Source: Hormiphora californensis
Lineage: Eukaryota; Animalia; Ctenophora
Length of the DNA: 64,000 nucleotides
Assembly (NCBI GenBank): GCA_020137815.1
Contig: CM035353.1
Coordinates: forward strand, 8,894,455-8,958,454
Reading direction: 5' to 3'
Within the stretch, counting starts at the first letter, position 1; every line of letters begins with the position of its first letter. The notes beneath the pieces are model-generated. The model was not told the origin of the DNA and ran no database searches. It worked only from the letters and a program-made list of their open reading frames with translations. Made by a program: the position numbers and the translations under genes. Shown here one piece after another: positions 52,813-64,000 of the stretch.

Positions 52813-54153
52813 CACGGCGTGCCTGGTGAAATTTTAACACGACCTAGCATGCAACGGGAAACCACCACTTGTACGTGGTAGCTGAGGGTCTACAGAATGG
52901 CGCTACGGTGCGGGAAAAAAAAGTCCATGCCCTAAAATCGTTTTTTTTACTTTTATTTGATTTGGGTCAAAATTGGCTATATTAAACGTGGTCCCGAAAA
53001 ATCCATAATGACTTAGCACACGAAATATGTCACCCCCACCTATTTTTGCACGTAGAATCGATTGCCGTTGACGTCGAATCTCTAAAATGACTGTAAAATG
53101 GTCAAAAGTTGATTTTTTACCATTTTTTGGAGGTTTTTGGCCCCTAAACCATTGAAAACGTTGAGATAGGAATTTGAAACTAGTGCCAATCGTTAAAATG
53201 GTCATTTTTCTACCAAGAACCAAGTTTTCGTGTATATCCGATTTATGGTTAGATTTGGGCAAATTGTTGAAATCTGCCAACTAGGAGAACCGTAACTTGA
53301 TTTTCTTGTTTTTTGGATTTTGGCATTTTTGACAAACTTCTGATTGAAATGGTCAATCGGGACCATGCTTAAGTTGTTTATGGGACAATTTTCGACTAAA
53401 ATCCAAGATTTCATACCAATCCAATAACAGATCGTTGATTTATAGAAAATTTAAGTAGGCAAAACGGTCAAAATGACAACTTTTCTTGCTTATTTTGACC
53501 GTTTTGCCTACTTAAATTTTCTATAAATCAACGATCTGTTATTGGATTGGTATGAAATCTTGGATTTTAGTCGAAAATTGTCCCATAAACAACTTAAGCA
53601 TGGTCCCGATTGACCATTTCAATCAGAAGTTTGTCAAAAATGCCAAAATCCAAAAAACAAGAAAATCAAGTTACGGTTCTCCTAGTTGGCAGATTTCAAC
53701 AATTTGCCCAAATCTAACCATAAATCGGATATACACGAAAACTTGGTTCTTGGTAGAAAAATGACCATTTTAACGATTGGCACTAGTTTCAAATTCCTAT
53801 CTCAACGTTTTCAATGGTTTAGGGGCCAAAAACCTCCAAAAAATGGTAAAAAATCAACTTTTGACCATTTTACAGTCATTTTAGAGATTCGACTTCAACG
53901 GCAATCGATTCTACGTGCAAAAATAGGTGGGGGTGACATATTTCGTGTGCTAAGTCATTATGGATTTTTCGGGACCACGTTTAATATAGCCAATTTTGAC
54001 CCAAATCAAATAAAAGTAAAAAAAACGATTTTAGGGCATGGACTTTTTTTTCCCGCACCGTAGCGCCATTCTGTAGACCCTCAGCTACCACGTACAAGTG
54101 GTGGTTTCCCGTTGCATGCTAGGTCGTGTTAAAATTTCACCAGGCACGCCGTG
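52813..54153. mobile_element. Second copy of the 1.34-kb palindromic CAC..GTG element
   Basis: Same arms as 26165-27505, spacer in the opposite orientation, 4-bp flanking duplication CGTA. Confidence 0.8.
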
Positions 54154-55072
54154 CGTAGCGGACCGTCAGAAATCGCTAAAATACGAAAAAAATTGACGTC
54201 ATTGTGACGTCATAGCGTGACGTCACGACGTTATAACGTCATGATAGGGAAGTAGTACATATTATCAGGCTCATCTTGATAAAGAGGCTCATCTAGATAA
54301 AGAGGCTGACCAAGTTTGAGATCGATTGGACAAGATTTGAGGTCGCTATGGCGAAAAACGCACTATCGTCATATCTATTTTCATACAGTCTTAACACTTC
54401 AGACGTGATTTGAGACCCTTAGAAATATAGTTTCACAAATTCGCGATATAGTTTCTGAAAGTTTAGACGATTATCTTTCATAAATGTGGTCTCTGTTTTT
54501 CAATCAGAAACCGTCTTCAGGGTGTAATTTGGGCTCAAAGAAAATTGTTTGGTTTGAAAAATGTCTTTACTTTATGACAGTTTGTCAAGACGTTCTGATT
54601 GGACCTAGAACATGAAAACTATTCGTTGACACAATTCAAACGATTATTTTTCGAATGCAAAAAACGAGAAGTGTCCATCTTATGTGGTTTTCTCTCAAAC
54701 AACGATTATAAATTTGATAAAATAGCGTATATACATAGATACATAGATAGACCCGGGACACTTTAAATTGCTTTTTTATGATGACATATATATCTCTAAA
54801 ACTAAAAAAGATCTAGATTATGTGACACTGTATACCAAACTTCAAACTGATTGATGCAGTGGGGGCCTCGCTATGGGCGTTGCAAAATGCCATTTTTCTG
54901 GTTCATGCAAAGGAATCAACGTATATTGTAATTCAGAAGTGATTCAAATAAGATGTTATGTAAGAGATAAATATATTTATTTTAACTCTTTGAAGGTTAT
55001 GAAGTTGAATAGGGTAAAGAAAGTTCGAGAAAATATATGAGATGACATTGATGTCATAATTTATTATTATTA

Positions 55073-55670
55073 CTAGTAGGCCCGTTCGCCCTACGGGCGA
55101 ATTTCGGGGAAATGATAGCTGGATTAGGGAACGCTGACATCACCTGCACCATCCGTTCCTAGCCTATCTCTCACTTTCTTCCTACTCATGTTGGTGTACG
55201 CTCTGGGCTTCCTGACAATGTCGAGGTGCGAATTTAAGAGATCAATGTCATGGAGGTGCAGTGCTGTTCCAGAAACTCATCACGTGAAAACTTGGCCGCT
55301 ATGTAGCCGATTTGGAGATTTCTATATTCGACTGGAGTAACCACCCTTGGGCGACTTTGGGTAAAGCTATCCGTAGTCGTTGTCTTGGCTCGCTTGAACA
55401 CGTTGGCGTAATCTGTCATATTCTCTAGCCTGCTCCCTGACAGCAGCAGTTCTCCTGGACCTAGATAAACGTTGCCGAATAGCACTTTGGGTGGAAGAGC
55501 TAGACATCAGGACAGAAGTAAAAGAATGCACGTGCAGAATTGAATTCCCCTTGGTACCCAACTGCAGCTGGGAGAGAGGTCTCCACTCTCCAGGTCCCTC
55601 TAATAATTGCACGTGCAAGTGTAGTTGCTAGGTGACCTCCGTTACACAATTTGCTTAGTAAGTAGTATGA
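55073..55670 (-). mobile_element. Non-autonomous Helitron family A, complete
   Basis: Reverse complement of 46393-46993 with a 3-bp indel. A|TC...CTAG|T on -. Confidence 0.85.
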
Positions 55671-55769
55671 TTAATATTATAAAACCTAATCAGATCATAT
55701 TTCTATGAGTCAGATTCAATGAGCCAGAGTTGCATGAGCCATAGTTCAAACACCAGTGCGTTCTTTCAG

Positions 55770-55915
55770 ATGAGCACGAAAACTACTGTTGTAAGTGTAG
55801 AATGGCTGGAGAACTTCTTATGTGTGACAAGTGTCCCCGTGTCTACCACTTGTTTTGTGTTTACCCGCCACTCTTAACTGTCCCTGAAGGAGAATGGTAC
55901 TGTTCGAGGTGCAAG
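55770..55915 (+). CDS. PHF21A: PHD-finger exon of PHF21-like gene, phase 1-0
   Basis: (D)EHENYCCKCRMAGELLMCDKCPRVYHLFCVYPPLLTVPEGEWYCSRCK is a C4HC3 PHD. ctttcag acceptor, gtgag donor. Confidence 0.85.
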
Positions 55916-56263
55916 GTGAGATTGGTACATGTACGGAACATTGTTTTAATGATCACTATTTTCTGAAGTGACTACTGCAGCTACTACAGTGACTTGGAGG
56001 TGTAAAGTCCATTTTTTCAACTGTTCGCCCCCCTCCCTAGTCCCTTTTTGTGTGCAGATTTGTTTTGCACATTTATCATGTATATGATAACGTGTTATGT
56101 GTGCATCAACAAGAATAACTGCATTAAGTTTCATAATGCTATGTTTCCCCGCTAGCCTTTATTTTCATAATCATCTAGAATAAGAAGGCGGGACAGACAT
56201 TTCCGATCATTTGTTTACCATCACTCAAACAGTATAGAACAGTATATGTTTATCCCCCTTCAG

Positions 56264-56342
56264 AAAGAAAAGGACAAGGAAGAATCAATGGATGTAAATG
56301 TTATCGATATGGAGGGGTTGGATGACATAAACTTTGACCAAA
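56264..56342 (+). CDS. Exon after the PHD finger (KEKDKEES...INFDQ), phase 0-1
   Basis: ccttcag acceptor, gtatgt donor, 79 bp, in frame with the PHD exon. Confidence 0.65.
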
Positions 56343-57173
56343 GTATGTAATAAACAATCGGTAGGTGAGAGGTGCACGATAACAAAAGTTGGAATAACGT
56401 CTAAACCGATTGTGTGTAACATTCCAATTAAAAGTTTGGTGAAAATATGACGTCTTAATGTTGTGTTTGAAATTCATTCATAACTAGGAACACGCATGCA
56501 CGTGCAAGCCTCAAACAAAAGTTAGAAATATGGGACTTTCCCTAAAGTGTTCCTTGGATCAAAACAAACAAGTTGGCGAAAGATTTTCAAACACAACATT
56601 GAGATGTGAATAGGAATGTGGCGGATGGGGAGATAATTTGATGTGTTTGATCCCATCCTTGATGTGGAGAGTGTTTGGTGTAGACAGAAAAACAAGATGG
56701 TTACAACGTTTCGGATTTGATATCATTTATCAAGCAATATATACCAAAACTAATTGAAATTAGTAGGCCGGAAAGGTTGCCCTATGATTTGAGCTACCTT
56801 TGCCACCGTAACTTTCACAGGGTACAGACTGAGACAGGGTACAGATGCTTCTTCTATCTTCAAAAGGGAATTTACTGGTGCCAAAGGTAGCTCAAATCAT
56901 AGGGGAACCTTTCCGGCCTACTAATTAGTATTCTGAATGATGAGTTCAGAGCAAGAATTAAATAGGGAAGAAATTCGAAAAATACTGGGTTTGACCGGGA
57001 ATTGAACCAGGGACCTCCAGAGAGACATGCTCGGAGCTATAAACCACTAAGCTACCAAACCCTATGTACTGATCGCATTTCATCGCTCTATATGAAAATA
57101 AACCACTAAGCTACCAAACCCTAGATGTACTGATCGCATTTCATCGCTCTATATGAAATGCGATCAGTACATA

Positions 57174-57250
57174 GGGTTTGGTAGCTTAGTGGTTTATAGC
57201 TCCGAGCATGTCTCTCTGGAGGTCCCTGGTTCAATTCCCGGTCAAACCCA
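57174..57250 (+). ncRNA. tRNA-like Pol III module (non-canonical anticodon arm) within a dispersed repeat
   Basis: Acceptor stem GGGTTTG/CAAACCC+A, A and B boxes, T5 just downstream. Inverted twin at 56986-57062. Confidence 0.55.
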
Positions 57251-58750
57251 GTATTTTTCGATTTTCTTCCCTATTTAATTCTTGCTCTGAACTCATTATT
57301 CAGAATACTAATTAATCTCTCCTTAACCGAGTTCTGCCCGCGTATGTGTGAGAAACTGTTGTACAGAGGGCGTGTGTGTGTGTTGATCACCAGAAGGAGA
57401 TATCAAAATTACTTCCCTTTAATTTCAATTAGTTTTGGTATAATTTGCATCATTTTTGGGGTTTTTTAAAATTTATTTGGATGTAGTATTAATAGAACAG
57501 GTACGAATAGGATGGAATCGCTAATTTGAAAAACTTTCATTTTTGTTGTCATAAAATGACATCACGACGTTATGACGATTGACGTCAAAATTATAACGTC
57601 ATATCATCGGGATTACCTAGATGAAGATACTGACCAAGTTTGAGATCGATTGGATGAGATTTGAGTCCGCTATGGCGAAAAACCCCATATCTATTTTTAA
57701 CAGTCATAACACTTTAGACGCGTTTTAAGACCCTTATACGTCTAGTTTTGAAAATTCACAATGTAGTTTCTGAAAGTTCAGACAATTCTCTTTCCATAAT
57801 ATAGTATTAGTTTTTCGATTAGAATTCGTCTTCAGTGTATAAATTGAGCTCAAAGAATTTTGGTTAGAGTCTGAAAAATGACGACTTTAAGACTATCTGT
57901 AGTACGTTCGTGGAGATGAAAAGGCACCCCACCTCGACTAATGCACACACATCCAGTAGATCTACCAGTAATTGTGAAAACGAGAAGTTTCTATCTCTTA
58001 CACTGAATCTAGGGCAAATGGGACCTATCTGTAACTTCGGGCCCATGTTACAGGAGTGGTGTGCAACCTTGTAAATCCATTTCCGGGGTAGCGACAAAGT
58101 TCAAAACAAGTTGGCTCAGTGCGGCGAGAGCTAACAGTGCACCACTAACGTAATGGTTGGGGAAATGACAGAAGTGAAATAGGAACAAGATTAACTCGAT
58201 ATAATCTCTCTTTCTCTCTCTCTATCGATCATCCGATACTTGCACGCTTCTAAATCATCCGATATTGCACCACTGTCGGGAGTTTAGTCTCCCGAACCCG
58301 AAGCCACCTATAATGCGAACCTGTCCTGTGGTCAGTTCCTGATGGTGGGGGAGGGGAGGGGGGCTATTCTCCTAGTGCCGGCGATATCGCTTTGCGATAG
58401 TCCCCTGTGGGCTTGCCGTTGGCAAGCCCAGGCACTCCGTAGATAGATAGATAGACTGTCGGGAACTACCACTACCACTCCCTCTCTATGCTCGCACATA
58501 TATATATATGCAATATATAACAATATATATAACAACCAGATGAGATAGAGACTTGAAATTTTAAACTTGAGTCAAAGACCCCAAGCCGGGTATACGTTCC
58601 AAATTTCAAGTCAATCGGATGAAAGAGAGCCACGATATAGCCTTCTGAAATCCGGTTTTTCAGCCAAATGAACTATGAACGTTTGTAGCTTGGCACGTTA
58701 TCAAGTTGGCTTTTCCCAGCGCAAGCTGGCGAGAGCCAACTGGAGTTAAA

Positions 58751-59216
58751 AGTGAGAGTGGACAGAATCAGAATTGGACAAGTTTGTTTGAGGTTGTAGA
58801 TATTAGTTCTATGAGCTTTTTGCCGCTCAAATCGACCCATCCAAAACAGAGATATTTTTGTTACTCTCGGGGAATTCCTGTTTAATCAGTATGTACAGGA
58901 TTGAAACAGGATTGAAACAATCGTCGTGTTTTACTAACACATTCTGAATATAAGCAGTGAGGTTGACATGTCCATGTACAGAAGCAGAGCAATGCAACTC
59001 AGTATATTAAAAATTTATAGAATTTGATAGTAAAACACCAGGATTGTTTCTATCCTGTTTGATAAATATTGATCCAGCAGAAATTCCCCGAGAGTAACAA
59101 AAATATCTCTGTGTTGGATGAGTCGATTTTGAGCGGCAAAAAGGCAAACTGCTCGTAAAACTAATCTCTACTACCTCCAACAAACTTGTCCAATTCTGAT
59201 TCTGTTCACTCTCACT
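58751..59216. mobile_element. TTAA-flanked Kolobok-like MITE
   Basis: AGTGAGAGTGGACAGAATCAGAATTGG...CCAATTCTGATTCTGTTCACTCTCACT|TTAA. Confidence 0.75.
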
Positions 59217-59220
59217 TTAA

Positions 59221-60131
59221 AGTGAGAGAGAACAGCCCCGATTTTGATGAAACTTGGTCAGAATAGTGTTTGGTGTCTAACTAGAAGTCAAAAAAATTTT
59301 TAGTGCTCAATAAGGATTTTTAGGTTTTTTAGGTTTTTCGGCTTTTATGGGTTTCAGGAACGCTCTAGAATAAAATGTAATAAATAAACAGTAATCACGA
59401 CATATTAATTGAATAAAATGAATAAAACCATCTTTCTCGGCGTTAAATTCTGCATCGATTATAGTGGTTATAAACCTTTCTATGACGTAAGTTTCAGAAG
59501 TTATCGCGAAAAAGCCCAAACGGGTACATGTGTTAGGGGCGGGTTCATGTTTTAGGCTAACCGGCGAACCTCTTGTCAGAACACCATGTTATAGGGTGTC
59601 AATCGACGCGTATTGATAAGGAGATCATTTTAGTGAAAATTATGAAACAAATGAAACCTAAAAAACCTTACCACATGTTTTAACCAAACGGGTATGCTTC
59701 ATTCAGTAAGGTTTTTTAGGTTTCATTCGTTACACAGACATCGCAGATCAAAATAATTTTCACTAAAATGATCTCCTTATCAATACGCGTCGATTGACAC
59801 CCTATAACATGGTGTTCTGACAAGAGGTTCGCCGGTTAGCCTAAAACATGAACCCGCCCCTAACACATGTACCCGTTTGGGCTTTTTCGCGATAACTTCT
59901 GAACCTTACGTCATAGAAAGGTTTATAACCACTATAATCGATGCAGAATTTAATGCCGAGAAAGATGGTTTTATTCATTTTGTTCTAAAACGTTCCTGAA
60001 ACCCATAAAAGCCGAAAACCTAAAAATCCTAAATTTAGGATTTGAGCACTAAAAATTTTTTCGACTTCTAATTAGACACCAAACACTATTCTGACCAAAT
60101 TTCATCAAAATCGGGGCTGTTCTCTCTCACT
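59221..60131. mobile_element. TTAA-flanked foldback MITE abutting the previous one
   Basis: TTAA|AGTGAGAGAGAACAGCCCCG...CGGGGCTGTTCTCTCTCACT|TTAA, arms about 420 bp. Confidence 0.8.
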
Positions 60132-61756
60132 TTAATCGCCCGGCAGGGCGATTAAACTGGTTTAAATCACGACGCCGATCCCGAGGCGCCAGCCGACGGG
60201 TGAGGGGGAGGTGATTTAAACATATAACGCGATAAGCTAACAAACGTTCATAGTTTATGAACCCCGATAGCAATTACACACTAGCAAGAGGGGGGGGGGC
60301 CTGCCGCAAAAATCTCAGCCACCCTCTTTTCGGCCGATGAGATTTTTGAGATATTTGGGAAAATTTGCTCAATTACGTTTGAGATTTTTGAGATTTTTGT
60401 GGTAAATTGGCAAAATTTTGGCTGCCAATACTCAGGTTTTCGACATATTTTTTAGCTTAAAACTGAATCATAATAGCAGTTTAGTAATTTAAATAGGTAG
60501 ATTTCATGTTTTAGCTTCACATTAACTTTTGTACTAGAACACAAGGAAAATTTTTATTCGGAATTTTCATTTTTGGTAGAAAAACACAAGGATTGTTTCT
60601 ATTCCAAATTTTTGAATGGAAATTTTTCCTTTCTATGAGATTTTTTTTTTGGGGGGAGCACTCCCGTAAACAATCTTTGATGCTGAGAGTTCTCAGTTGT
60701 TGAAATAAATTGTAGGTGTCGGCTGACATAGTCGTACACGGTCGCTTGTAGTGGGAATTCGGTAATGGAATACGAAGATACAGTAAGACGACGTGCAACC
60801 GTGACCAATCAGGGCGCTAGTACGTGCTGACTGCTGACACATGAACTTTTTGCCACGCGTTATGCACCGTACGTCTCCTTACTGTATTTTGCGTTACCGT
60901 ATTTTGACTACAAGCAGCACTGTTAATCCTTAATTACAATCAGAAGTCATTGGAATTTATACATGGATTGCCGAATAATCCCAGAGATATTCGATTAATA
61001 CCAATATTGGTATAACAACATTGGTCACAGCTTGTATATCATTCTTTAGAGTTTAGAGTTATAGAGTTTCATGTATTACTTAACTATTTGCTATAGCGGT
61101 TTGATTGACCTCATTTAGGAAGGTTTAGCGTTATAGAGTTTCGTGTATTTGGAATTATGAATTGAATAAAATCTCTCGGAACATGTCTTAAATATCGCTT
61201 CATTCACTGAATCGCCGATTTAACAGACCAGTGCCCCTTTTCACGCATTTCTCTTCATTTGAATAACATGCGTGTAAAATTCAGAGTAATTAAAATCTGT
61301 GTAAACACACAGTTCTATCAATAACAGAGAGGGGAACACATCTGCAACACTTTTCAATGCCATCGCTCTCATAAAAAGTCAAAAGAATCGCATTCCTATC
61401 TCTTCTCTCTCTCTCTCTCATTCTCTCTTTTACTGTTCAATATCTCTCACTGTGTGTATTGGCCCTAATCTTGCTCTCTCTTACTCAAATATGTTGCAAC
61501 TAGGTGTCAGTTAGTCTACACATAGTTTGGGGACGTCTGTTGACTTTTTGCCAGTACTCCTTGCGTGTTTTACCTTGTGTTGTGTCTCTTGGGGGGGGGG
61601 GGGGGCCTGCCGCAAGAATCTCATGCCTCATTGGCGATTTTCGGGGTAGCTGGGATTTTTGAGATTTTCGATTTTTGGCTAAAAAACGTGGGATTTTTGA
61701 GATTTTTGAGGCAAATTTGCGATTTTTTGGGGAAAACCCGCAATTTTTCTCCATTG

Positions 61757-63105
61757 GACATCGCTACCTAGGCTCTTTTATTGGCACAGAGGAGGGGACT
61801 GCAGATTATCTGAAGGAGATGGCACTGAAATGGAAGAGCGACATCGAGACAATCAGCGAGTTTGCTTATACTGACCCACAGCTTGCCTACTCTGCCTACA
61901 CGATGGGCGTCAGTAAGGAGTGGTCATTCGTTCTCAGAACAAAGCCGGATCAGTAACCTACTGGAAGAAGTTGAGGAGACGATTACCACTAAACTACTAC
62001 ACAGCCATTACTGGACAGCCTTACATCACGACATCACCCGTAAAACCGGCGCTACCAGCACGGTACGGAGCCTTGGGATAGAGAAACCCGTCACAATGGC
62101 TGACCTGGAAAATGCGAACTCAGTAGCTGCTACAGCGGAACTAGTAAAAGCTATTACAGAGCGGAAAACGGAGTTTGTTCCGGACCAGGAAATGGACAAA
62201 GTCACGAAAGCTGCGATTCGTAAACTCAAACAGGATCTTTACAAAAGTTTACACGAAACTATCAGAGGACAGCTAAGTGAGAGTGGCAGAGAAACTTTGA
62301 CCTGATAAGTGAGAAAAATTCTTCTGCGTACCTAACATGTCTACCCATCCAACAGCTAAATTTCAACCTGAATAGACAGGAGTTCCAAGATGCCCTGTCA
62401 ATCCGGTACAATTTACCAATCGTTGGAGAGGCTAGGCCCACAAACTGTGCATGCGATGAACTGAACACCGTTGAACATGCACTATCATGCAAAAAGGGTG
62501 GATTTGTAGCTCTGAGACACAACCGAGTTAGGGACTATATAGCAGCGGAGCTTACCCGGGTATGCGACGGTACTGAAATTGAGCCCTCTCTGCTCCCCAC
62601 CAACGGAAGAGACCTCCCTGAAGGAACGATCACAAAAGATAACGCAGACTAGATATCGCAACGAGAGGATTCTGGAATCCAATGGATAAGGCAATGTTCG
62701 ATGTAAGAGCCTTTAATGCTCAGGCCCCATCCAATTGTAACCAGACTATCCCCCTTACATATGCAAAGCACGAGACTCAAAAGAAAACAGCTTATCATCG
62801 ATTCCGGGAAATAGAAGGAGGATTCTTCAGTCCACTGGTGATCAGCACAACTGGGGGACTTGCCAAGTAGTTTACCAAAGTGGTCAAACACATTGCGGAA
62901 CTGAAGGCAAACAGATCAGGAAACAGTCATGGAGACTGCATCAGATACATCAGACTTCGCCTAAGCTTCTCGATGGTCAGAAGTGTCACCCTTTCGATCC
63001 GTGGTTTCCGTGGGAAAAAGGCTGAAGCTACATCTGACGATCTGTGGAACATGAGAGTGTGTGCGTAGTCGATGAACAATTGTTTGTAATTTATTATTTT
63101 ATTCA
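61757..63105 (+). mobile_element. Degenerate 5'-truncated CRE-like non-LTR retrotransposon (RT C-terminus, CCHC, RLE)
   Basis: HRYLGSFIG, DPQLAYSA, LGIEKP, EFQDAL.IRY, CAC..EHALSCKKGG..RHN, ARLDI, FDVR, FSPLV across several frameshifts. Confidence 0.75.
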
Positions 63106-63128
63106 GTGATAGCGCAAGAGCGCATTTA

Positions 63129-63996
63129 GGTAATATGGTAGTTCTGGGCTGAACTTTTTCGACCGCTTTAAAGCGTTTGAAAAAGCGCTTTATATCGCTA
63201 TAAAGCGCTTTAAAGCGGTACCGCTTTAAAGCGCACTGCTTTAAAGCACTTTTAAAGCGCTAAAAGCGCTTTAAAGCGATTCTTTTAAAGCGCTTCCGAA
63301 AGCGCTATAAAGCGCTTTCGCAAGCGCTTAAAGCGCTACCGCTATATAAAGCGCTTTTTTGTTCAAAATCCAAAAATAAAGCGCTTTAAAGCGCTAAAAG
63401 CGCTTTAAAAAGCGCTATAAAGCGCTTTTAAAAACGCTTTATAGCGCTTTTAGCGCTTTAAATCGTACAGTAGCGCTTTAAAGCACTTTTAAAAGCGGTC
63501 TAAAAAGCAAAATATATAATATATAATATACAATTTTAAAAAGCGCTTTAAAAAGCGCTACAAAGCGCTTTTTAAAGCGCTATAAAGCGCTTTATAGCGC
63601 TATAAAAAGCGCTTTTGAAAGCGCTTCTAAAAGCGCTATAAAGCGCTTTTTATAGCGCTATAAAGCGCTTTTTATAGCGCTTTTGAAACTGCTATATAAA
63701 GCGCTTTATAGCGCTTTATAGCGCTATAAAAAGCGCTTTAAAGCGCTTTAAAAAGCGCTTTATAGCGCTTTAAAGCGTTTGAGAAAGCGCTTTGTAGCGC
63801 TTTATTTTTGGATTTTGAACAAAAAAAGCGCTTTATAGCGGTAGCGCTTTAAATCGCTACAAGAATCGCTTTAAAGCGCTTTTAGCGCTTTAAAAGCGCT
63901 TTAAAGCGCTTTTATAGCGCTATAAAGCGCTTTCTCAAACGCTTTAAAGCGCTTTAAAGCGGTCGAAAATGTTCAGCCCAGAACTACCATATTACC
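63129..63996. mobile_element. Merlin-like foldback MITE saturated with AGCGCT
   Basis: TIR GGTAATATGGTAGTTCTGGGCTGAAC / GTTCAGCCCAGAACTACCATATTACC. The right flank is cut by the window end, so the TSD is not verifiable. Confidence 0.75.
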
Positions 63997-64000
63997 CCGC

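Overview
Repeat-dense eukaryotic (animal-like) genomic DNA; the taxon cannot be fixed from the sequence alone. Seven short GT-AG exons on + (4896-56342) splice in compatible phases into a PHF21A/BHC80-like PHD-finger gene, most of which the ORF track misses. The introns are filled with nested transposons. These include an apparently intact R4/Dong-clade non-LTR retrotransposon (1216 aa; 2x Myb-like, RT, CCHC, restriction-like endonuclease) sitting in a (GA)n tract, with a well-formed HDV-like ribozyme fold at its 5' end and a 1.1-kb 5'-UTR minisatellite. Also present are degraded RTE, CR1/L2-group and CRE-like LINEs, an ORF1-only LINE derivative, non-autonomous Helitrons (solo, nested, and a 7-unit head-to-tail array), and many foldback MITEs with TTAA, TA, 3-, 4/5- and 8-bp TSDs. 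Two Merlin-like elements share termini but are saturated with different palindromic hexamers. Most short ORFs in the track are repeat artefacts. All calls come from manual reading; no database search or folding computation was run.
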